Shown here piece by piece: positions 53,387-59,966 of a stretch of 59,966 bases of DNA. The DNA comes from a virus. Its lineage: Duplodnaviria; Caudoviricetes. How positions within the stretch are numbered: position 1 is the stretch's first letter; every line of letters begins with the position of its first letter. A model generated the notes under the pieces. It saw nothing but the letters and a program-made list of their open reading frames with translations, was not told where the DNA came from and did not search any database. A program made the translations under genes and the position numbers. The DNA lies in IMG/VR virus record IMGVR_UViG_3300020476_000002, positions 1 to 59,966 of that record. The stretch is one strand, 5' to 3'.

Positions 53387-54148
53387 ATGGCAATCCCAGC
53401 TACCGGGTATCCCACAACTCTTGATGACACGAATGCTACGCCTAGCGCAACGGTTGAGTTTCCTCAACCGAGTTCGTCAACGGATTTGGATGCAACCAAC
53501 GTCGAACACGACATTTTGCATACGAATCTGTCGAAGGCCATTGTCGCTCTCCAGACGAAACTGGGGATCACCGACTCTGATCCCTCTTCTGGAACAATAT
53601 TGCAGGGTACGGGTTCTGGGTCTGAGTGGTCTTCTACACTCCCCAGTGTCGGTTTCGGCACAGACGGCTCAGGTGTAGACGTAACATTTTATTCGGCTAC
53701 CGCAGGCGACACGATGCTGTGGGACGCTTCGGACGAGAAGCTAGTTATCACTGGTAGCGACGGCCAGAACGCTTTAGAAGTTCCAGATGGCAATGTTTCG
53801 GTTACCGACCAACTCACAGTCTCCGGTGGGCTGGTTGCACCACTCCAAATTAATGCTCAGACCGGTACGACATATACGTTGGTTATTGGGGATGCCGGGA
53901 AACTGGTTACTTCTTCTAACGGGTCGGCGCAAACTATTACGGTGCCGCCGAACTCGTCGGTAGCGTTTGCTGTTGGCACTCAGATCATTGTTCAAAACAT
54001 CGGCTCGGCTAATGCAACGCTGGCTCAGGGGTCTGGTGTCACTATTCAATCTAAGGATTCTAATAAGGAGATTGACGGTCAGTACGCTGCGGCGACGCTG
54101 ATTAAAACGGCAACTGATACTTGGTCGCTTATTGGTGCTCTGAAGTAA
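53387..54148 (+). CDS. putative tail fibre / appendage protein
   Basis: C-terminal two-thirds near-identical to 14290..15054. Confidence 0.6.
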   Translation: MAIPATGYPTTLDDTNATPSATVEFPQPSSSTDLDATNVEHDILHTNLSKAIVALQTKLGITDSDPSSGTILQGTGSGSEWSSTLPSVGFGTDGSGVDVTFYSATAGDTMLWDASDEKLVITGSDGQNALEVPDGNVSVTDQLTVSGGLVAPLQINAQTGTTYTLVIGDAGKLVTSSNGSAQTITVPPNSSVAFAVGTQIIVQNIGSANATLAQGSGVTIQSKDSNKEIDGQYAAATLIKTATDTWSLIGALK

Positions 54149-55023
54149 TGCCTGTACGTCCAGTCGATCACGGCATTGTTTCTGCTTCTGGTGCTGGTGG
54201 TGCTGAAATAACGGGAGGTAACAGTTACGACAGCCAAGGTGACGGCTACATATATGAGGAGTTTACTTCGTCGGGAACTGCGACTGTTACTGGTGATTTG
54301 ACTGTTGACCTGATTGTTGTTGGCGGCGGTGGCGGTCTTAGCAACAGCGCTCAGTATAATAGAAACTCGTTCAGCGGTGCCGGTGGCGGTGGCGGTGTTC
54401 TTTTAGCCACAGGTTTAGCTGTAACAGCAGGAGATTACACCGTAACTATTGGAGCGCTTGGTTCCAACGGTGCAAGCGCAAGCCAGTATGGGACTAATGG
54501 GGGTACATCAGTCGTTGAAATTGGTGGCGTTCGGTGGACCGCTTCTGGCGGTGGTTTCGGCGGTTGGGGCGGCGACTATTACGCCGGTAACGGAAATGCT
54601 GGTTCAGCCGCCGACACCTCAAACCCGAACAGTCTGTCGGGAGTCCAAAGCTCTGGCGGCGCTAGCGGTGGCTCTGGTCTATGGTCTGGGTACACAGGTG
54701 CAACTGCAGGTTCAGGTGCTAGTTCTTACAATACTGGGGGTAATGGGGGAGCAACGGTAACTTTGCATTCTGGCGGTAATGGTGCTGGTACTGACTGGTA
54801 CGGATCACCCGGTGGTGGTGGCTCTGGTACCGGTAATGCCGGTTCTAAACCGGGTGGTGGCGCAGGAGAAACGTGGAATAACTTTGAGTCAGCTTCTGAC
54901 GTTTACGGATCAGGTGGAACTGCCACTGGAACAGACAGCGCAGGTACCGGTTACGGTAAAGGCAGTTCTTGGTCGAATGGTAACGGACAAGCAGGTGTTG
55001 TAATTTTTAGGTGGGCTGCATAA
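54148..55023 (+). CDS. glycine-rich tail fibre-type protein
   Basis: Translation identical to 15054..15929. Confidence 0.7.
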   Translation: MPVRPVDHGIVSASGAGGAEITGGNSYDSQGDGYIYEEFTSSGTATVTGDLTVDLIVVGGGGGLSNSAQYNRNSFSGAGGGGGVLLATGLAVTAGDYTVTIGALGSNGASASQYGTNGGTSVVEIGGVRWTASGGGFGGWGGDYYAGNGNAGSAADTSNPNSLSGVQSSGGASGGSGLWSGYTGATAGSGASSYNTGGNGGATVTLHSGGNGAGTDWYGSPGGGGSGTGNAGSKPGGGAGETWNNFESASDVYGSGGTATGTDSAGTGYGKGSSWSNGNGQAGVVIFRWAA

Positions 55024-55352
55024 TGCGGTTATTCGCTGAAGTTAATTCAGAAAATATTGTTGTTAATGTTGCTCTGTTTGAAGATGATAAAACACCTGTC
55101 GATTTAGGGTGGACAGGGTGGTATGAAACAGCAGAAAATATCCGTAAAACTGTAGCTGGTCCCGGCTCGACGTTTGTTCCAGAAGCAGACGGTTATCCTC
55201 TTGGATTGTTTTACCAGCCATGTCCGCACGAAACTTGGGTATTAGACGCTAATTATGATTGGCAACCTCCAACACCCAAACCAGAAGGAAACTATATATG
55301 GGACGACGAAACTAATAATTGGGTTGAGGTATTTCCTCACGAGGAAGAATGA
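55023..55352 (+). CDS. small fibre-associated protein
   Basis: Translation identical to 15929..16258. Confidence 0.65.
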   Translation: MRLFAEVNSENIVVNVALFEDDKTPVDLGWTGWYETAENIRKTVAGPGSTFVPEADGYPLGLFYQPCPHETWVLDANYDWQPPTPKPEGNYIWDDETNNWVEVFPHEEE

Positions 55353-56161
55353 ACATCGTTGATGCCCCCGGCAAAATCACTACCGGACGGCCACTCAAAC
55401 CCTTCGGCATAGTCGTACACCACACCGCCTCCAACCGCAACGCCGACCCCGACAACGTAGTCGCCATGTGTATACGTGGAGTCAACAAAGTCCCTGGTCC
55501 TCTCTACAACTATTTGATTAAACGTGACGGCACGATTATGAAACTCACGGCTGGCAACATCAAAGCCAACCACGCAGGCCGAGGCTTACAGTCCGTCCTG
55601 ACTCGTGTCCAGAAAAACCTTCCCGTGACAGGCAACGCAGCCGCACCAGGAAAGATCAGCGCGAACTCCCGCTTCATTGGGGTGTCAATTATTAACGACG
55701 GTTTGGGTGAAGATGTGCCCGAAACACAGATGGACGCATTGATTGATTTGTGCGCCTTTCTGTGCGACGGACATAAATGGAACCCGGACGCAGCGGTGAT
55801 AGGACACAAGGAATGGACTTCTAGGAAAGTCGATCCCTCGTTCTCGATGCCTGAGCTGCGGGTAATGATCCGTCGCCGCATGGTTACGTCTGTTCCCACA
55901 ATGGTTTTACCGAAAGAACCTGATGACGGCTTGGTGCCGTTTCCTGGGACACTTCGGAAGGGGTCACGTTCGGCTGCTGTAAAGTTTATGCAGGAACGCA
56001 TAGGTGCAACAGCGGATGGTATTTTTGGACGAAACACGAAAGCACAATTAATTAGATGGCAGCGAGCCAACGGGCTTGTTGCCGACGGCATATGCGGCCC
56101 CCAGACGTGGGGTCGTCTTCAACTGAAAAGGAACGACATTGTTCAACCAGCGTTTTATTAA
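55349..56161 (+). CDS. endolysin: amidase plus peptidoglycan-binding domain
   Basis: Same motifs as 16255..17067, with a more diverged binding domain. Confidence 0.9.
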   Translation: MNIVDAPGKITTGRPLKPFGIVVHHTASNRNADPDNVVAMCIRGVNKVPGPLYNYLIKRDGTIMKLTAGNIKANHAGRGLQSVLTRVQKNLPVTGNAAAPGKISANSRFIGVSIINDGLGEDVPETQMDALIDLCAFLCDGHKWNPDAAVIGHKEWTSRKVDPSFSMPELRVMIRRRMVTSVPTMVLPKEPDDGLVPFPGTLRKGSRSAAVKFMQERIGATADGIFGRNTKAQLIRWQRANGLVADGICGPQTWGRLQLKRNDIVQPAFY

Positions 56162-56342
56162 AGACTCTTTAGAGCGTGGAGTATCCACGTTCGCACAAGC
56201 ATGGGCCGCAGCTATGGCTGTACCCGGACCTGACTGGGGTGACTCCCTAAAAATTGCGGGGGTCGCTGCTCTCATCGCTATCGCTAAAGCTGTTGCTGCT
56301 ACACGGGTAGGGGACTCCGAATCGGCATCTCTTAGCAGCTAG
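56139..56342 (+). CDS. holin (r1t-like)
   Basis: ERGVSTFAQA motif; two hydrophobic helices. Confidence 0.75.
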   Translation: MFNQRFIKDSLERGVSTFAQAWAAAMAVPGPDWGDSLKIAGVAALIAIAKAVAATRVGDSESASLSS

Positions 56343-56353
56343 GGAGATGGGTT

Positions 56354-57220
56354 GTGGCAACGCAATATCGTCAATCAGGAGTTGTATATAGGGCATCGGG
56401 CGTCGCTTATGGGACGCCTACAACTATTACCCCTGCCACCATTGCGGCCACAGCAACCATCCCCACCGATTTCGAGTTTGAGTATCGCCAAACTGGGCAA
56501 GCGTACCGAAACAGTTACGACTATCGTCAAGCCCTAATTTCAGGCAACGTCTATCTGGTTGTTGCTACCCCGGCCACGGTCGCTGCCACCACTTCGATCA
56601 CGGCGACCGGTGGAATACCGATCACGGTATCTGTTTCAACTATTGCTGGTGTAGCAGCGTTACCTGGCCCCAGTGTAACAGCCAACTATGTAGACGTTGA
56701 AGAAGTAGACCTTAGCGCTGTAGCAGCGTTACCTGCCCCCACGATTCTGACTGGGGCGTTAATGACTCCAGCCACGATTGCTGGGGTCGCAGCGTTACCC
56801 GCCCCCACCCCCGAAGTCGAGGTGATCGCCAACCATGTCAGTGGCACCGGCGCTGTCCCAGAGCCGACACGGGAATGGCATGTCCTCCCAGGCACTATTA
56901 CTTGCACCACCACGATGGGTGAAGAACAGGTTTACACGCTCCTCGAAATGCCGTTCACAATGACCCTTCCCCCTGTCGGTTTACGGCAGGACGCTACCCC
57001 TGCGGCGTATGCGTTACGACGCCACTACGCCCAGGAGAAGAAGGGAACGAACCTGATAATTGTCAACGGCACTTCCATTCAGACGTTCCCTCCAGCGGAC
57101 TGGTCAACTGTGACAAGATGGATATATGGGGGACATGCGTCCCCGAAGGACTTAACGTCCTCTGAAATAGCGTTGTTGATTGCTAACGGATATTCGATTG
57201 ATGTTGGAGCTGGAGCCTAA
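56354..57220 (+). CDS. virion structural protein with YRQSG and PATI repeats
   Basis: Homologue of 17265..18131. Confidence 0.6.
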   Translation: MATQYRQSGVVYRASGVAYGTPTTITPATIAATATIPTDFEFEYRQTGQAYRNSYDYRQALISGNVYLVVATPATVAATTSITATGGIPITVSVSTIAGVAALPGPSVTANYVDVEEVDLSAVAALPAPTILTGALMTPATIAGVAALPAPTPEVEVIANHVSGTGAVPEPTREWHVLPGTITCTTTMGEEQVYTLLEMPFTMTLPPVGLRQDATPAAYALRRHYAQEKKGTNLIIVNGTSIQTFPPADWSTVTRWIYGGHASPKDLTSSEIALLIANGYSIDVGAGA

Positions 57221-57610
57221 ATGCCTGTTTATGTTTACCGTTGTTTAGATTGCGGCCTCACTGTTGATGTACGCCACAGTTTCGATGAAACGTATGGCGG
57301 TGTGTGTGAAGGATGCGACGGACCTGTTCGCAAGTATTTCGGCAATGTCCAGTTCGCACCATCGGCTACTCCTAGCCGGGGAAACATTGACTGGGGAGTA
57401 TCGAAACGTAATGAAAAAAACAAAGACGCAGACATGGCCGCGTATAAGCGACTCCGCTCTGAGGGCTTGCAGCCCCGTTCTATTAACGGGTCTTCCCATC
57501 TTGAGAAACATGCAGGAACAGCGCATGAGATCACAGCAGGCCAAGTCCTCTCTGAAGACGGACGGAAACGTAAAGAGGCGGCCCTCAACGAAGTTCTTGG
57601 GAGCACCTGA
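57221..57610 (+). CDS. FmdB-family zinc-ribbon protein
   Basis: MPVYVYRCLDCG...CEGC. Confidence 0.8.
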   Translation: MPVYVYRCLDCGLTVDVRHSFDETYGGVCEGCDGPVRKYFGNVQFAPSATPSRGNIDWGVSKRNEKNKDADMAAYKRLRSEGLQPRSINGSSHLEKHAGTAHEITAGQVLSEDGRKRKEAALNEVLGST

Positions 57611-58542
57611 TGACAGCACAAGTATGGATTGATTCGACAAGAGACATGCTTTTGTCGGGCTACGTCGAGGAACTTGACGTTATTACTGGAGACGTTTCAG
57701 CAGGAGCTTCAGAAATAATTGTTCAAGGCTACGCATCTTCTATCGTTAAAGGTGTTGTCATCGAGATCAATGCCGAGCTGATGTATGTTCTTCAGGTCGC
57801 TTCAACAACCATTTCAGTATTGCGTGGCTACGGTGGCTCTACTGCAGCGGCTCATACCGCTAACGACATTGTTCGTGTGTCCCCCAAGTTCCCCACTAAC
57901 CGCATCATTTCTTCACTCAACGACGATCTCGCTGACCTGTCAGCCCCAGGTCAAGGGTTGTTCCAAATGAAAACCACGAGCTTCACATACAACGCTGGGG
58001 TGGATGGCTACGATTTGACGGGGTTGACTTCCGCTGAGATCGACTCGATCTATTCGGTGACGTATGCCGACATTGGGACTGAAGCTGCGGAGCCTGATGT
58101 GTCGTCGTGGCGGCTTCGCCGTAACCGTGACACCGCTTCGTTTTCTAGTGGGCTTGCTTTGATTCTTTACACTGGTGCGTGGCCGGGACAAAAAATAACG
58201 GTCATGTATAAGTCGCCGTTCACTTCTATCACTGACGGCACTACTGCCCGTTCCACTGTGGGGTTGGCTACCACCGCCTACGATCTTCCCCCTCTTGGGG
58301 CTGCGATGGCTTTGATGACGACCACACCGATACGTCGAGAGTTCCTTGACGCTCAAGGCACGTCCCGTATGGCAGACGAGGTGCCTCCTGGCGCTATCTC
58401 TGCGTCGTTCCGTGATCTGATGGGGCGGCGGCGTGCCCGTGTCGAAGCTGAAGCGTCACGTCTTGTTTCCCAGTATCCACAGTTGTGGACTCGTAACTCA
58501 GCTATGCGTCCGACCGCTCAATGGAGCGGGTTCACGTCGTGA
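57610..58542 (+). CDS. putative tail adaptor
   Basis: Homologue of 18526..19473. Confidence 0.55.
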   Translation: MTAQVWIDSTRDMLLSGYVEELDVITGDVSAGASEIIVQGYASSIVKGVVIEINAELMYVLQVASTTISVLRGYGGSTAAAHTANDIVRVSPKFPTNRIISSLNDDLADLSAPGQGLFQMKTTSFTYNAGVDGYDLTGLTSAEIDSIYSVTYADIGTEAAEPDVSSWRLRRNRDTASFSSGLALILYTGAWPGQKITVMYKSPFTSITDGTTARSTVGLATTAYDLPPLGAAMALMTTTPIRREFLDAQGTSRMADEVPPGAISASFRDLMGRRRARVEAEASRLVSQYPQLWTRNSAMRPTAQWSGFTS

Positions 58543-59966
58543 GTTTTAATGCCGAATCGTTGCCAGTTGAACTGGATGGTGTGTCCTATCTTGTGGACGC
58601 ACGCCAGTATGGGCGCACTACGGTTCCGGCGTTACGTGAACAGCGTGACACGAGTGGCGAAGCCGGTGAGAACGCTTTAGATACGAGCGGTGCGTGGACT
58701 CGCTCTCAAACAGATTGGAGTTACGGTGCTGGTCAAACGCATTTTGATTTGGCTGACAGTGATCGTCGCAGGTTCAACACTTCTGTGGGCGTTGATGTCT
58801 GGACGAAAGGCGAAGCCACACTTCTCCCCATCACCGAAACAGGGGCCAACACCCCGACATTCACGACGGGTGACATAATCACTGAACGGGTAACGAACGC
58901 TGCTGGCACCGAATACTTGTATGTTGCCAACGGCACAAGTCTTTACCTTTCCTCCAACCCGGCGGCTGCGAGTCCCACCTGGACCACCATTACTGTCGGG
59001 GGGACCACGACCAGTATCACGAGTGACGGCACGAACGTCTATCTCGGTTTTGACGGCGTTATCGTCGCAGAACAATCCGTGATCGGTAGCAGTTCAACTT
59101 CGGCTTTCGGTTCACTCGATCCGAACCTCATCAAAATTGTTGCCGGTCGTGTCATCGCAGCAGACGACAACGCTATCTATGAACTGGATGCTGCCGGAGC
59201 GAAAGCCACTTCTTCTCTCGACTATTCTCTGCCGTTGGCTTCAAGTGTGTGGGTGGATGTGGACGCTGGACCGGGCGGTATTTATGCGGCAGCGAACACT
59301 GAAGAAACTGGAGCCGTGTATCACATTGGGGTTAGTTCCACTGACGGTACTCTCACCACTCCCACTATTGCCGGTGAACTTCCTCGCGGTGAAAAGATTA
59401 ACGCCATCCTGGTGTATGGTCCTGTGCTGTGTATTGCCACGAACAAGGGGTTTCGTACAGCTCTGATTGATACGAACTCAAATGGGGTAACGATTGGTCC
59501 GGTGATCGAAACTGGTGGGGAAGCCTACGAGTTGGAGGCTGATGGACAGTTTGTTTGGTGGGGATCAGGGTACGGTAATACTTTTCGTGCAGATTTGACT
59601 CGGTTCACTGACACTCTCGTCCCTGCTTACGCCTCAGATCTCATCAGCGCCGCCTCAGCGAGCGCCGCAGATCTCGTTAAGGGGGTTACCCGTCTAAACA
59701 ATGGCGGTTCGCCTAAGCTCTTTCTGGGCGTTGTGAGCGGAGGTGCGGCAGTCCTGCAGCGTGAGTCTCGTACTGGTGTGAAAGTTGCTAGTGGGACACT
59801 CAACATTGGTGAATGTTCGTGGTCAACTGTGGCACCGAAACTGTTGCGTTCCGTCACTGTCCGCCAAGACCGCGCCCAATACACATTCGGGGAAGTGGAC
59901 TACCGGGCAACAGGCATAGACTACCGTCACTCCACCTACGAATATCGAGGCGACCCTCTTTCAAGT
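58539..59966 (+). CDS. putative tail nozzle, 3'-truncated
   Basis: GTGA overlap start; MSFNAESLPVEL..QTDWSYGAGQ; runs off the window end. Confidence 0.6.
   Translation, partial: MSFNAESLPVELDGVSYLVDARQYGRTTVPALREQRDTSGEAGENALDTSGAWTRSQTDWSYGAGQTHFDLADSDRRRFNTSVGVDVWTKGEATLLPITETGANTPTFTTGDIITERVTNAAGTEYLYVANGTSLYLSSNPAAASPTWTTITVGGTTTSITSDGTNVYLGFDGVIVAEQSVIGSSSTSAFGSLDPNLIKIVAGRVIAADDNAIYELDAAGAKATSSLDYSLPLASSVWVDVDAGPGGIYAAANTEETGAVYHIGVSSTDGTLTTPTIAGELPRGEKINAILVYGPVLCIATNKGFRTALIDTNSNGVTIGPVIETGGEAYELEADGQFVWWGSGYGNTFRADLTRFTDTLVPAYASDLISAASASAADLVKGVTRLNNGGSPKLFLGVVSGGAAVLQRESRTGVKVASGTLNIGECSWSTVAPKLLRSVTVRQDRAQYTFGEVDYRATGIDYRHSTYEYRGDPLSS

Larger units (their letters stand above)
53642..55377 (+). 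repeat. ~1.74-kb near-identical direct repeat, copy 2
   Basis: Matches 14548..16283. Confidence 0.95.

Overview
Phage DNA, podovirus-like and probably infecting an actinobacterium. The virion module occurs twice as diverged homologues (portal, large internal proteins, scaffold, major capsid, fibre genes, amidase/holin, tail adaptor and nozzle). The two copies share one near-identical ~1.74-kb block (14548-16283 and 53642-55377, offset 39,094 bp). The simplest reading is a complete ~39.1-kb genome ('B', ~16284-53641 plus one block copy) looped into a related, apparently GC-richer phage ('A', 1-14547 and 55378-end). This is either an assembly figure-of-eight or a real co-integrate. The main find is in B's minus-strand early region: a solo Cas7/RAMP-like gene (28688-29380), a coupled partner gene (28244-28687) and a downstream non-coding array (28030-28235) of phased G-G-H-N-N pentamers, with two full 69-nt units punctuated by GGCAG-CACC-GGAAA. 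It is a candidate non-CRISPR RNA-guided system. Nearby are a tRNA-like cloverleaf, a candidate -1 ribosomal frameshift, a ~160-nt rod-like inverted repeat, a second degenerate pentamer tract, and a ferredoxin flanked by Cys-rich proteins. All calls are by eye; no searches were run.
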